In this document: positions 46,812 through 61,276 of the stretch, one piece after another
How the letters are laid out: each line of letters starts with the position of its first letter
Position numbering within the stretch: the stretch's first letter is position 1
Source of the DNA: Takakia lepidozioides
Lineage: Eukaryota > Plantae > Bryophyta
Direction of reading: 5' to 3'
DNA: 64,000 nt
Assembly (NCBI GenBank): GCA_030704615.1
Contig: CM060732.1
Location: forward strand, 61,194,001-61,258,000
Position numbers and translations under genes: made by a program
The notes under the pieces: generated by a model
Databases searched by the model: none
What the model was told of the DNA's origin: nothing
Seen by the model: the letters and a program-made list of their open reading frames with translations, nothing else

Positions 46812-49159
46812 TTGTTCTGCTTACGCTATTTTGCCCCAACTAAGCAATCAAGCGTCAAGCTCCAGATTACAGCCCATCTCTATAAACATAAGTAGGTTTT
46901 GCTACCAAGAGAAATATATACAAGGCACACATTACGATAGCTCCAAATCATTGTTTCTTCATAGAAATGTAACGGCAAGCAGTTTCCTTCAGGCTGTTGG
47001 GGTATTATCGATAGCTGACGCCCAAATTGTTGTTGGTCCAAGGCTGTAATCTGCAAGACCATGGTTACAGCTCTCCAGCACTAGGTCTGTTTCTTCTGTA
47101 GTTCTTTTACCGTCTTAGGGTTTAATTGATCTCCTGTAGAGCCCTGCTTCTTGGCCAATCTGGAGGTTAGGTCAGCAAGAATTTCAAGGTGGCCGTGTCC
47201 TCCATCTACTCACTTACGCTGGACTTTTCATTGGGCCTGTGAATTGTAAAGTTTTGTTTGAGAAGCCGGTAAGACTAGTTTGTCACAGCTACTGTTCCGG
47301 GTGAATATGCGTTTAAAAGCAAGTGCTACTTCACTACTCTCTCAGCAAGATGACTTCAACTGTTTTGGAGTCCGGAAGTACAGCAGATAAGCTACTTTGT
47401 ACTTCACTATATGGCTGTGAGAGTGTTGACAGAGCATCTCAATTGGCAGTTGATTCAAGGAAATAGTCTTAGCATGATCGACTGTTCACCCAGCTGTTGG
47501 CCACTGTGAACTTCAGATTTTGTTTGCATATAGATGAGCATAAGGTCTATAAGACATGCAGGAGGGTACTTTCCTCTTGCTGGACATCTTATAGCCCCTA
47601 CTGTTGGCATCATATCGTCTCAAATCTTCTTTTCTCTCTCTCATCTTCCTGTGGACAGAAAACATTCTTCCTTCTCCTCTCCTCTAGACAGTGTGATGGG
47701 CCAAGTGATCCAAGCACCTATGTCACAGTTTTGTGACAATGTGCCCATCTCCAGTCCCACCAGAGCCACATGTCATATCTGTGCTCAGATAGAGGGATAC
47801 AGTAGCAGTAGAGCTAAGGATGTGCTCTAGAGTCTAGTACGATGCTGTCAACACCAGCCAGTAACTCAACAGCTGAAGCCCCAAGGCCAGTTCCAGGACA
47901 GTCATTATCTCACAGGAACTATGCTTCCAAACTAGAGATAATCCAAAATTCATTCAAAATTTAACAAACTCAAGGCTTTAAAATAGTCACTATGCAACGG
48001 AATGTGGGGAGGTTTAAATCCCATTCTGCACATACATATTCTAGCTTCCTGAAAATGAGCTAAGATTCAGTACTCCATTGAGCATTGTATGAGGGCTTAA
48101 GGTAGGTATCAGTTAAGCTGCACACACAGAAAAAGACAAGTAACATCCCAAACAACATTTTGGAAATGTGTAGTCCACTGTTGAACATGCAAGAAGGAAG
48201 ACCTGCCTGTTTACCCTTGTAAGTGTTCTTCCTGGCTAACTTGGGACTGAAGCTAAAGAGAAGGTAAAGACTATGAAGAGCAATAAAAATGCTTATCTTT
48301 ACAGACTGAGCAAAATCAGCAGTTTGTCGCAGGCTACTGTTCCAGGTGATATGCATTTACAAGCAAGTGCCACTTCACTACTCTTTTAGCAAGATGACTA
48401 CATATCTTCTAGAATCTTGAAGTACAGCCCATGAAGCAATTGTTTGGTCCAAACAGCACATAAAGCTACCTTGTACTGCACCGTAGGGCTGAGAGAGTGT
48501 TGACAGAGTATCTCAATTGGCATTTGATTCAAGGAAATAGTCTTACAAAGAGAGCCAGTTTTCCCAGCTGTTGGCCACACAATTAACTCCAAGTTGGTTT
48601 ACTTATAGATGAGCACAAGGTCTGTAGGACATGCAGGAGGGCGTGCGGATGTCAAAAAGCACAGTAAACTTGAGATCATTGATGCATGTGTGCTGAAATC
48701 ATCTTAGCTGTCTTCCATTTGAGCAAATACGTATGGAAATTTATTTGTATAAAGAGTTCTTCCATCCTTTGCAGAAGGGATTGAACTAATAAAGTTTCAG
48801 TTCAGTGCTGGTCACAAACACCAGGATCTCAAAAAGCAGGGAGGTCATGGACAAGCAAAGCACTTGGAGTCCATAGGACTGACTAATTACTGTCCCACTT
48901 TTGATCTCACAGGCCTTCTCTGAACTGTTTTCCTACTTAAATGATCATGTGACTGCTGCGGATGGTTGCCAATCCCTCCCTACTATCCCCATGCAATTCA
49001 GCTGAAGATCCTGAATTTCATGTGCCCAGAAATCTGAAGCATGCAAGGACAACATAGATTTCCATGTGGGTTCGCCTCATTTCCACTGGTGCGTGTTGGC
49101 AATGAGAAAATCAAAATTGAAATGAATGAAGAAAAGCGGTGCATCTCTGCTGTATTGTC

Positions 49160-50344
49160 TCAAGGGTATGATGTCATGCCCACAGTCTGGGTCCCACCAT
49201 TGTATGACTGCCACATCCCTTCCCCACCTGCCTTCAGCAAAAGCATATAGTAAATCTGACTGCACAGCATTGTGAAAAAGGTGAAGGCAGCCCCTGCAGC
49301 AAATATACCCTTGCGCACTTGCTTGCACACTACAGTAGGACCCTCATAGTTGTACCAGCCTCGCGTCTGGATTTTGTTTGCACTAGCACCCAACAGTAAG
49401 CAAATCCCCGCAATGGTGAAGGACATCCTGCACAAACCCACCAGCATGTTAGAATCACCCTCATTACTACAATACTCATACATCAATTTGGTGGTCTCGG
49501 AAAATCAATGGAGTCTCTTGTGGGAATTGCGCACAATTTGCCACAATAACCTGCAACCCTGGAATTTATTACTGAGGACTGAGATTATTACCAAGAGAAG
49601 ATGAAGAAGACGACCGCAAACGTCCTTGCAAAACCAGGCTTGTAGGGGCCTCCGCAACACAGACACCGAGTGATGATCATGATAAACAATTGACCCACCA
49701 GAAGGAGTAGAATAGCTCCTGCAGCCAAACCTGTTGCCGTGTCTCTAGTATACGAACATTCAACGAGTCCTGCTGCTGAATCTTTTAGTATGGGCGTACC
49801 CTGCGAACACAAAGCGAAGACCCAGTGGTCATCCCTCGGAGACTCAAATAAATAGAGAGGATCAGGTCCAGGAGTTTGAAGACACACTGCTCATCCATCC
49901 GTGCGTTTCCACTACATAATTATAACCCACTCTGCACTCTCCCTCACAAGGTTAACAGCAGAGTGAAAGACTATACAAAATCATGTTCTCTACTTATCAA
50001 GTGTCGACTATCACAGTATGATTGCAACTTAACCTGATAGGCCCTGCACTTCGCTAGGAGTGGAAGGAGAAAGTGACAGTTGACAATTTCCCAAGACCAA
50101 ATGATGTACACTATCTAATCTAATCGAAGTTGGTACTCTCACTGTGAACTTCTCTCTCTCCCCTTCTCGGGGAGCGCATTTCGTAATAAATTTCATTTGA
50201 TCTTTCTTTCTCAATCAATTTATCTCCAAAATAGGCAAGGAAACCAACAATGCTTCGTCGGGTCTCTGCTCCGAGCGCCAGGCCGAAGGCAATGATGTGA
50301 AACAAGAATGCCAGTCCCATCACGAGCCCTGCCTTCCCCGCCAT
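49160..50344 (-). CDS. DUF1218 family membrane protein (MWL/Fb34-like), 3 exons
   Basis: IAFGLALGAE.RRS, C.Y..D.ATGL, TRCLCCG, FFIFSW, CLL.GA..N and C..VRKGIFAAGAAF. Confidence 0.92.
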
Positions 50345-51093
50345 GGTACCTGCTTCAGCACACTTCCAAAGACGCTAGGGGGATCTGGAGTCTCTCTGAT
50401 CTCCCTACCTCTCCTCCAATCTTAACTTGCTCCCCCTAGGAAACCTCACCTTCACAAGAATCTCTCCCAACCCAACACCTTTCCAGAGATCAACAGCTGA
50501 TGATTTCTGCAGCAACTCTCAGCTCAGGCCCAGATCCAAGAAGCCCAAGAGAGCTCTACAGACAATGCAATCCTCACAGTCTCATCTTTCCCTCGATTCT
50601 CTAAAAGCCTGCAACAGAATATCACACACGTGCTAAGTCCCCGCTCTGGCACCTGAACTCCCTTTGAAGGCCCGGGATTCTGACAACTTCGACACCGAAC
50701 ATCCGGGATATCAATGAGAAATCCCGATATTCAATAGGCGGGAAATCTAGACCTCCCGGTGCCTGCAATTTAAATTCTGGTATCATAACAGCCGTAGGTT
50801 CTCGCACGTGGACGCTTGGATCTGGTATTAAGGAGCCGACTCTATTTACTCTGGTTCGTCTGGATGAACGTACTGCCGAAATTATGAGAGACGCAGACGA
50901 ATGATATATGGATGAATGATGAGGCTGGAGGTGATGGATGAAGGATGGAGGAGATGGAGCGAGACAAGAGTGACCACATGTTTGCCTCATCGAGCTTCTG
51001 ATCCTGACGACGTGAAGAGCGAAAGAGTTCCAGTGAAATGACTCGGTGGAATTCAATGGATTCTCTTTGGTTTGATGGCTGGTCTTTGGTTTA

Positions 51094-54000
51094 ATGAAGT
51101 TGGAAACTATGAATTCTTGTCTTCAAAAGCCGGGGCTTTGCCTGCTGAGCTCTGCTTCCTTCTCTCCTCTTTCCCCTCGAGTATTGGTCAATGCTCATCC
51201 TATCCTTAAAGGCTTTGACAACACTGGCTATGGTACCCCAGGCAGAGAGAATTCGAGCTTCTGCTGCACATCCTATGAGGTTCCTGGCTCTCTGACATGC
51301 TTACACGCAAGATTGCGCGGAAATCTTAGTTTTTCGCTGAACTCCAGGTGAGCAGATGTTACTCCTGGAAAGTGTTGAATATCGGGTTTGGACTACGGGT
51401 TGTAGAATCCAAGCCCCATGCGCACAATGTGCATGCCTTCTCATTGTTGCGCAAGTGGGTTTGTCATATCTGTGACTAACATATTAAATACAGGTATTCT
51501 AGAATCCATAGCTCTCCTGGGCAGAGTAGAACAAGTCTTAAGACTCGTGCGCAAACTTCGAATCCTGGCGATGGGGAGGGAGCTTCAGACATTGACATTT
51601 CTGTCTTTCGCTTCACTCTAGGTAATTTGTGGGTGCAAGTTGTGTGTGTTCCTATGTTGAATCCAAATTGGGCTTTTGTGTATGGATGCATGTAAACCAT
51701 GATTGAGTGACTCTGCCTCTGTCTCTCTCTTATTTTTGTACTTAAATCTTCAGGATTGGGCTTAAAATGATTGGCCCTTGCCAGGCCTTTAAATCACAAT
51801 GTGAAGGAACCTTTCTATTTTGGGCAGAGAAACAGTTGCATGATTCGCCTGAAGAACCACGGCTGAAATCTAACTCCGTTAACTAGATTGGACAATTGAG
51901 CTGATCCTGAAATCCCTGAAACTGAGACCCAGTACCTGCAAGTGCACTGACAATCTGCAATTTGTGGTAGGAATACCTGGGTTTGACGACTCTGAGCTGC
52001 CACGCTTGACTGGCATTCTATTTGGGGGTCTTCTTCTCCTCAACCATGCTCTCAGTCTTGACTCCATGACTGGTGCCCAGCTGGTAGTCATCTGTACTTT
52101 CACCACCCAGCTCTCTGTGTCTTTTGTCCCCCTGAAGGAAATTCACCGTATTCCCCATAACTTAGTGTCAAACGCCACAACATGCTTGAGAAGGATTGTG
52201 TACCGGGACATTTGGTTGTGAGGTTTTGGCAGATTATTATGCTACATGGAATGCCACTTTGTACATCTCTCTGCTTAGTTGATGCTGATTTTGAGGGCCT
52301 TTGCTTTTACCCCACTTCTCTCTCTCTCATCCTGTCGGCTTGTGCCCCACCCGCAAGGGTAATATCTCTCTCCTCTTCATGCCTCGAATGTACATACTAC
52401 TAGTAGTGATTTATGTGTATCTTTTCATGGTGCTCTGACCCATGGTGAATGAGCAGAGGTCGGAGGCAGTGGGAATATTTTTAGCAGCAGTGGCAATTGT
52501 GCTTCCCTCCATTGGTAGTCGCCTCAAAGTATGAATTTGCTACACCTTGTGTGAGTATACCTCTCCTCTCTACCAATCACATGTTGTTCTGCTTTGTCCA
52601 TGGGCCCTGTGTCCCCTATGGATGTTATGAAAGTTTTCTTTCTTTTGTTTCCCATCTCACCAATGGCAAACAACATATTTTTCTCCCTATCTATCTCTTA
52701 AGTGGTTGATGAAGGCTACTTTTCCAGGTGACAATTACGTCTTTTCCATTGTTATACCATGCTTGTTGTATTGACGATCAAACTGGTTCTATTGATGAAT
52801 GTATGAAAGGACTGTATACTGGATAGATTGTGCTATATACAAGCTGCACATGCATGGTGGACATATTGATATGTTTCATCATTAATTGTGCGGGTCTCTG
52901 CAACAATAGGGAGGAGAGTCTCAGAGAGATGGGGCCAAAGGGGCGGGTCAGAATACAATGTTTGCGCTAGCAAACAGGCTCACGGACAACCAAAGACAAG
53001 AATTGGCATGGGGATCCTATGCTTTACTTCGGAATACGAAGACAAGTGCTGTGGTAAGCATCCACTTCTAACTTCTCCATGTATTCGCACCTTCAAGGAA
53101 GGGTATCCCTGCAAGAGTGATTGCATCTCCTCCTCATATAACAGTTCCTTCAGACAAGCACCCAAGAGATGGCCCAGTTGTTAGGCGCCTTTGTAAGCGG
53201 TCGTGGGTTTGAACGCGCATTATAGCCTACCCAGCTATAAAAATGGGGCCGCTTGGTCAACTTGTCATCTAATGTGTGGGTACTCGGGGACTTGCGAGTC
53301 CTTGGGGAGGTTTGGGCAACCATGTTGCCTTGGTTACGGCCGTTAGAAGGTGTCCATCGTCCAAACAGAAGGCAGTAGCCCTTCAGGGTGAAGTAACGTA
53401 ATATACACTTGTTTCAGCAGGAGTCAATCTTTTTCTTGCATCCAGACAATGTTTGGGTAGTCTTTGTTGTCTCACATATCCACTCACTGTTTTGGAGATT
53501 GGAGCAAGGCTCAAAGTCGGGCTGAAGTTTGAAATAGGGTGGGACTGAGAAAGCTAGGATGAGAGAGTGGAGGGAGAGTCAAGATTCTGGGTAACCTAAA
53601 GTGCCTCCTGAGGCCTCAGATGATGACTTAGATCATACAGTCACAGAAGGATAGGCTGGTGTACTGGATGGGGCCGCCTTGCAGATTGTGTGGCACTATG
53701 GGGAGGTGGTGTGTGCGCGTGGTAGCTGGGATACAACAGAGGAAGGCAGTGGATCTTCACTGGCTTTGTTAGGCGAAAAACTCAAAAGCACGCCTTTTTT
53801 GGATTTAAGTGCTCCACTCTATTTATCCAGCGGTGCTGGTAAGAGTAATGCTGTGAAAAATCTTAGGAATAATTGTAGCTAAGAGCTCAAGGAAAATTGG
53901 ATATCCATGTTCAAGTTCATGTTTAAAGATTCGACACTGAGATGCAGGTCTAATATTGCCCAACTTCATCAGGAAGCATGGGTGGGTATGTGCTATGCAA

Positions 54001-54354
54001 TGCTTTTCAAACAGCATATAACCTCTTCAGCTTTATTTATTTATTTTAGGAAGTCGTTGAATTCTACCTATGAGCCTTTTACCCATTAAATGGTAAAGGC
54101 AATGTCTGTCTCTCTAATCGTCATATGTTTGTGCTGCAGATGCAAAAGGTTGGGTGATTGTGCCAAAGGGGGCATCCTCGCTCTTTGTGCTGCCATTCTC
54201 AGAAACTCATGAGCCAAGCCAGAAAGCTATGGTAGGCCTCCTGGTGCTTATTTCATATGCTCCTCGTGCATTCAGTAATAAACATAGGACTTGGTTTGTG
54301 TTATTGGCGAAAAAGTTTCTGCAGACCCTGGCCACAAGCAATGATGCAGCATAA
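51094..54354 (+). CDS. CCB2: Cofactor assembly of complex C subunit B, CCB2 (HCF208), 7 exons
   Basis: DISVFRFTLGIPGFDDS.LPR..G..FG.LLLLNH, QLRSEA.G, QELAWGSY.LLRNT, VCARG.W and P.GA.SLFV.P. Start is 51094 or 51109. Confidence 0.92.
53160..53410 (+). mobile_element. Degenerate tRNA-derived SINE in a CCB2 intron
   Basis: A/B-box-like motifs, plus the block GAAGGTGTCCA...GAAGGCAGTAGCCCTT..GGTGAAGT shared with 62613-62792. Confidence 0.55.
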
Positions 54355-57067
54355 GGTGACCTGGTCCGATCTTATGGCTGAACACCAGAGATTCGGCAAG
54401 TCACCATCTGAATCCTTACAAATATCTGGCTTCTAGAGCTGCCAGTGCTCTTTGACACAAAGGCACTTGATCTGCCTTCCCTTCCTCCCTGCTGGCTCAG
54501 TAAGACTAGCATTTGGGTAGTGTAGTGCAGTGGAACCATGGTTTACTGTGATGACAAATGTATTACAATATCAGTGACTTTTCTAGTATAGCTTCACTTG
54601 CTCAATCATAATGTCTCAATGAAGGACATCCCAATCTTACAAATGGGATGTGAATAGCTTTGGATAGGTGGAAAGGTACTTCGATTATCATCCAACAGAG
54701 AGGGTTGGTATCTGGCTGGGTTTATGGTTCTCTGGCAAAGAGTCTCAGTTTAAACGCAATGGAACAGCATTACACCTTCTGTCTCTGTCTCTCTCACTTG
54801 TCAGGCATGATATATTCTGCCTTCATGTAATGCTTGATCTTTGATTGTTCGGTGGTCTACTGTTTGCTGTGTTCGACTGTGTTGTACTACTTGTGTCCCT
54901 TCAGTCTACCTCTGGAAATAATTTTCTCTCTTCTCTCTCACCCTCCGGGGCTCATGTGTATTAACCAAACTAACTGTTTGTCATGTTTCGTCCCATGGCA
55001 TTTGCTAGTATGTGACACCAGCCGTCCTTTGTCAGCAGCCACAGATCCAACCGACTTAAACAGGGCCTAAACCTTTGCCCTAAGAAGCCTCCACACAACA
55101 TGATTAAATATATGTGACAGGCTTCTGAAATAGGAGTGGTGTGTGAAGAGCAGTCTTTCCAGAGAACTTCAGAAAGTGTCAGTGAGGGCATAGTCAACCA
55201 ATCTCTAATCCCAAAGTCAGATACAGTCTGCCCTGGATAAATGTTAACGGTCGGAGTGGTTGCTCCTGTGGTGGGGGTAGTAGCAATAGTGGGAGTGGGT
55301 GCTAAACAGGCCTTGAGGGGCTAAGGCACTTGAGGGGGCATGGGCACTTACTGGGCGAGGCCCTCAACATAAGGTGATGGATACTTGTGAAGGATCGCCG
55401 TGGTGGTGTACCAAAATGTGGAAGGGCTGCTTGTGAGACCGTCTACTGACACCTAGAGAAATATATGTAAGTAGTGACCCCACGAACTGTGGGAGCCTGT
55501 TGAGTGACCAAAGTTACTGAAATATTCGGACGAGCCGAAAAACGACCAGGCATGGGGAACTATTCTGAATTGCCTACAACCATAGGGATTTTCATGTGAC
55601 CCATCGACTTGAGGGTCATCTGACCAAGGGGCCAATGGGAAGTTAGGTGCAGGTCGAGTCTAGTACCTATCACTTGAAGGGGAGTTTACCAAAGGGAGGT
55701 GCCTGTCACACTTGGAACAAGAAAAATGTTTTCAAAGCTAAAACACCAAGTTTGAAGAAAAGAGACGAAGCCTCAACAATTTCCACCTTTGGTTAGAAAA
55801 TGCTTTTGTAGTCTTGGCAATTCTTGCTAGCCAAATTCTGTGGGATAGTTTGCCAAAGAAAGGTAGATTTTCTTTGGGCCTTGCATAAGGTCAAATATTT
55901 TTTGAAAGGCCAGTTACAGAGGACAGGACCCACCTATCCATTTCATAGGGAAAATGACCAAATTGGTTTCAGATGGATGTTGTATGCTAGTTTAGGAGGG
56001 TAAGAGGGGTAGAATTTATTGCCAATGAGCAATTTGCGTGCTTTGAAACCTGTTGATCCCATTAAAGCGCGTTGCAAGGAAGGCCACCAAACCAGATCAG
56101 TTCATTGTAGATGGAATCTTTTTTGTTAACACCCAACTCACGTTGGCAGAGCCGCAGGTTTGAAGCTCTCATGGATGGCACCTTTGCAAACTCTTATTTC
56201 TTTCCAGTCCTACAATAGGGAGGACCACTGAAACTGAGTATTTTTAGGGGGAACCCAACATCTTTTTTGCGTCTATGAATATCATTTCATTCAGATGGAC
56301 TAATTCTGTGCAGTATGTGCCAAGTCTGTGCCCTTAAAAAATAGAGGCCTCCTGGTTGGAGAAGTAGAGACATCATACCGAGGTCTTGGAATTCTTGGGC
56401 ACCCTATACAAAGTGTTACACTTCATGCTTCTCTCCCAGGTTACATTAATCCTCAGTAATTCCTTTTGCACAAATTGCAAAGGTTTCTTTTCAGTGGGCA
56501 GACAATGAGAGGTCAGGCAGAAGGTGTCTAGAGCTTCCTTTATAGCTACCAAATTGTTCTCCAATGATTCTTCTCTTTCTCTCTCCATGTCTTGCGCTTA
56601 GCCTGAAGCCTTGGCCTTGCTGGGGTCTAACTCACACATAGCAGATTGATGTTTGTGTGAAGACTTGCTTTCTAGAGGATATACAGAAAGCCCAAACTAA
56701 TTGCTTATATAAAGGCAAGTCACACAATTGGAGTGAGCCCCTCACCAAAGAAAAGGTGGACTCTTGCTGAAGCAAGGTTAACTTATGGTATCACTTCAGC
56801 CCAAACCCGAAGAGCTAACTGCCTTCCAAATGAGCCCCTCACAAAGGTAGCTGTGCCTATTCCCCATATTTCTGTCGTAGCATCTATGGCCACAAGGTTA
56901 TGGCAAACAAATTCTTATGAGTACATTCATGTCTTCTGCTTATTGCAACATGCTCAGGACCATGAATGATCAAATGATAAACTTGTATCTTAAAGGGCGA
57001 AGTTTCACTTCTTTAAGACCATACAATTGCAATCACAACACGCGAGTAACATAGAAATAGTTGGCAA

Positions 57068-58802
57068 TCAAGTTATCCTTCCCAGAAGGGCCTCGTAAAG
57101 GTCAACAAGGAGCTCTGGATCCTTTTGAGATCGAAAAGTCCGGTATTCAGTAAGCTTTGGTATCTCTTTAATGTCCTTGGTGAGAGTGTCTAAAACAGCA
57201 TCTTTAATTATATCTGAAGCTTGGTCAAAACCCAACTCCCATGTACTGATGGCTGTCTCTTTGGTGACGTGTTTTGCTATATGGTGCTCAGAAATCACTT
57301 GCAAAGATCTCACATTGTATCGTTTGGCTGCTGTGAGAAGCTTTGAGGCATAACTCTTCAAGTCCCTGTGGGTGACATGGCCAGTGTAAAAATACCGTAT
57401 AAATGCGTCCAAAGCTTCAGGCACAATGTGGACCTCTATGGTCACAGTCCCCACCTGTGCCAGGGTCGCTGTCATTTTCTTCAAAAACACGTCTGATTTT
57501 GCCGCCTGCATACACGCAGATTTTAGATAAGAAAAAACACCGCATCCACCTGCCTTTCAAGTAGATGCATGATGAGGGGTGAATCAGGCAGGCATGTAAG
57601 GTCACAGGTATAGAGAGATGGAGGGAAGGTAAGACATGGGGCATGCAGAGAAAGAAGAAGAAGCCTTCACGGCCTACCAGCTTTCTATGCCATTATCACT
57701 TATTCAATTCCATTCCGTCTCTAATTATAATGACAACCGTTTGTTGACAAAGATCCTAGAGCTATCTTGGGCAGCATTGTAACCAAGAGCCTCCAACGAT
57801 CCCTCAAGTTCTCGTTTTCCTATCAGCTCTATCTCACACGCACCTAAGTATTTCTTACCTCCAGACAGATTCCATCCATGAATTCATTGGTTACTCTACT
57901 GAACATTTTTGTGTCAACTGTTTCATAGATTCAGCCGGGGTATGGCTGCCGAGGTCCAAGCATATGTAGGAATCTGCAGACCTTAACCACATGCTTGCTG
58001 CATAGAATTTGTTGAAGTATACACCAGTGTATAAAAATTTGATGGTGCGTGCCAGGCTGAAGGACCTCATCAAAAGTTTGGAAGAATTGGAGATTGAGAA
58101 CTTCAAAGCTATACAAACGACCTTCAGTGAATATTTGAAAGTTGAAGGTGGGTGCCAAACACACGCCAATGGCGTTTGAGGAATTGGGCACAAGGACCAC
58201 TACAGATACTATCATCTGCTTTCACTGTCTGTATTGCTCTACGCATCCGACAGGACGACCGCTCCGATTGAGTATTTGTTTCCTTTCAGTTTGGATGTCC
58301 AGAGAGAGAGAAGCTTAACACTGACATCCAGATGGAGGTACACAACTGGTGGGTTTAGGGCCGAATGCCTGCTTACAAGAACAGGTTTGTGCGCATTGAC
58401 GATGTGTCCGCCCGATTGCAAGCAGACGTCAGTAAATCCAGTGCTCATCAGGACGGGATCCCACGTCGAGAGGAACCCAACCTGCTCCTGCAACGCTCGT
58501 TCATTCTCTTCGGTTTCTTGCAGCCGTTTTTCCATCTCTCTCAATTTTTTGTCCGCCTGTGTCTGGATAGCCTGGGCATGATAACTTGGACCGTACTTCA
58601 CCTCCGCCTCGTAGCCATGGTCTTTCACTACGGTTTTGCAGCGAGGGCATAGCTGATCCCAATGAGACCCCCTGGGCCGAATTATGTTGGATAAAGCCAT
58701 TGGCTCCGATTCGAGAATGGCAGACAAAGCAAAAGGGGTTCTTTCAAAAGAAGACCAACGAGATGCTGAACGTGGATGATCCAGTTTAGCTAATGAAGAC
58801 AT
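57068..58802 (-). CDS. BTB/POZ domain protein (At4g08455-like), 2 exons
   Basis: CxxC, a coiled coil, V.FL, FTDVCL...AHK.VL/AAKS.VF, FIRYFYTG, LL.AA.RY.V..L and LLVDLYEA. Confidence 0.88.
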
Positions 58803-60176
58803 AAGGATTCGGGATTGAAAAACCTGGAGAATTTAGTAAACGTGGTGCATACCCTCTCTAGCCATTTCTGCCTCCCCAATATTGCCGGGGCGAACATCTG
58901 TGGCAGGCTCGAGTGTGTGTGTGTCACAGAACACGAGATTCTGCTGTCAAAGCAGTTCTATGCACCAAGTAGGTGGGAGTCGCAAGGCTTTCCAACAAAA
59001 TATTTTAGGGGTTCCTAGGGGGTCCAATCTCACTCAAATCTCTTTAGGCAGGGCTTTGTATGCTAGCATGCATGCATATATGTCAGAGAAAGAGAAGACA
59101 GTTGTGAAGACTGAGACCTGTGGATTACAGAAGGTCTAGATACTTTTAAATCTACATCTAGTCCAGTGCCTCTACACGTTTGCTTGCGAATTCATGTGTG
59201 ATATGTTACAAGGGAGTTGATTCGCATCCCACAGTGCACAGAGAGAGGAAAGAGAGAAAGAAAGTGGGTTGGGGCTGGGGATTGACCAGCGCGGTGCAAA
59301 TAACGGGCAGCTTCGTCAGATGAACAACCGAATTAACCGACTTAAATTACATGTTCCTTTGGACACATAGTACAGACCTAGAGCTGCTGACAGTTTTTGC
59401 GGTTTCGTAGAAGACTGAGGCCTTTTGGTGTGAATGATGGCGTACATGCCAGGACATTGAGTTATGTAGCGTGATTTCGATCAATAGTCGTTATGTAGTA
59501 TTGGCTAGATCTACAAGTCTACAAGTCATTTAATGTACAGTTGCACAGATCATGTGTCGATTCTGATCGATCCAGCCGACATTGTTTCATGACTCGGAAC
59601 TACATAAGAATCACACGTGATGGCCTGCTGTATGATACCGGTACACTTGAGGACACAACCCGGTCTTAAACGTTACGACTCTTGGCGTCCTCGTCTTGCG
59701 CGATTGTAGGCACTGTCCAATATTTATGTGTGAGCGGAAGAGATCTGGAGGCCTGCAGACATGTACAAGCTCCAAATCGACATTGATTGACAAATGGTGT
59801 GCACACGCGCACATCAAACATCGGGCTCAGATCTCATGAGAACGAGATTCTACAAGACTCTACAGACTAAATGATGCTAACGTCCGATCGTTTTGGATGA
59901 TCTGAAAGAAGCCGCCAGCAGCCACATCTACACAACAGGGACCTGCAAACTTGAAAATTCTAGTGACCAAATCGTTACATATAAATCTAGATACAAAGCT
60001 ACTTGAAATATTTTTCAAGGAGACCAACAAGCCGATCGAAGACTTTTACTTAGTACGCTCGACTTAGCGATTCGCTGCAGTCCTCTATCTCCGGGGTCAT
60101 CGTTCGAATTCTAACTAGTGCACATTTTATTGCTAGGTGAATCATCAATCATGCAGTTTGAAAGACAATCAAATAA

Positions 60177-61116
60177 ATGTCCTGCAGCGCAGGACAACTC
60201 ACGAGGTCATGCTCACCAACTAAAGCGCCATGCAGTGATTCGAGGCAACCCACTGGATCGCCAAGGTCAAGCTCACCGATGAAATGTCCAGGTGGACCCC
60301 AATACGATTCAAGGCAACCCACTGGATCGCCAAGGCCATGCACACCAACTAAAGCGCGCCCATGCAGTGATTCGAGGCAGTTGCCAACTAAATGTCCAAG
60401 GTCAAGCTCACCGACTACATGTCCTGCAACGCCATATGATTCAAGGTCACCCACTAGATTATCTCCAAGGTTACGCACAGAGAAACAACCAACTAAATAT
60501 CCAGCTTCACTTATGGATCCATGTGATAATCTTGGAAGACTCAGCCTGGATACAAAAGAACCATGTGACTTTGAACCATGTATGAATTCGTGCGATAGAA
60601 TGCGTCCCAGACCAGGAGGGCCAGTTCAACAGAAACGTGTCCCCGATATCTGTCAACACTGTGCAGAACCGCCGGACTGGACTTTCCACCATGATTTGCG
60701 TGACATCAAACAGGCCGACATGAAGCGGTATCGACAATGTAGGATACAAAGATGGTTAGAGCACATGGTTGAAAGAATGGAAAGGGAGTGTTATGGCCAC
60801 TACATCGGAAGAGCTCGCTGTGGCAAGTCGCGAGCTGAATCAGAACGCAAGTAACAGGGAGTGCGTTGGAGATGAATTTCCGCACTGCCTGGATAGGTAC
60901 GTCTGGCGCATCTGGAATGGTGCGCATCTCAATCTCAGCAAACATGGAGTGATATTCTCTGAGACCGAAGAGCGCCTCCTGCTGCAGCTTCTGAGAGAAG
61001 AATGCGAGGATCTGTTCAACACCAAGCAGATTCAACCAGACCCCAGAAGAGAAATGGGCACCAAAGACTCGTGGGTGCACCATTGCCAGCACTCTGCTCC
61101 AGGAAGCTCCCGCTGA
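60177..61116 (+). CDS. Uncharacterised protein with Ser/Pro/Cys-rich N-terminal repeats, frameshifted at ~60813
   Basis: Two overlapping ORFs together align along the conserved domain of 35692-36282. Confidence 0.7.
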
Positions 61117-61276
61117 CCTCCTCTCTCGCGTTCAGCTATATATCGACGAGTTGCTGGTCATCGACCATTGCGTGGAGAGTAGAGAGGCGCATCAGATTTT
61201 GGTCGACTTGTCGAGGTCTATGGATCACCTGACTTCTTACTGGGATCTTTTGAAGGGCTATTCATAAGGTGCTATC

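Noticed and set aside
47343-47357. miR169-like CAGCAAGATGACTT
   Set aside because: It needs two gaps relative to miR169 and no clear star arm is visible.
55200-56600. L1 ORF1 (DUF4283) remnant
   Set aside because: Only a faint PW..P-like motif in broken frames; insufficient support.
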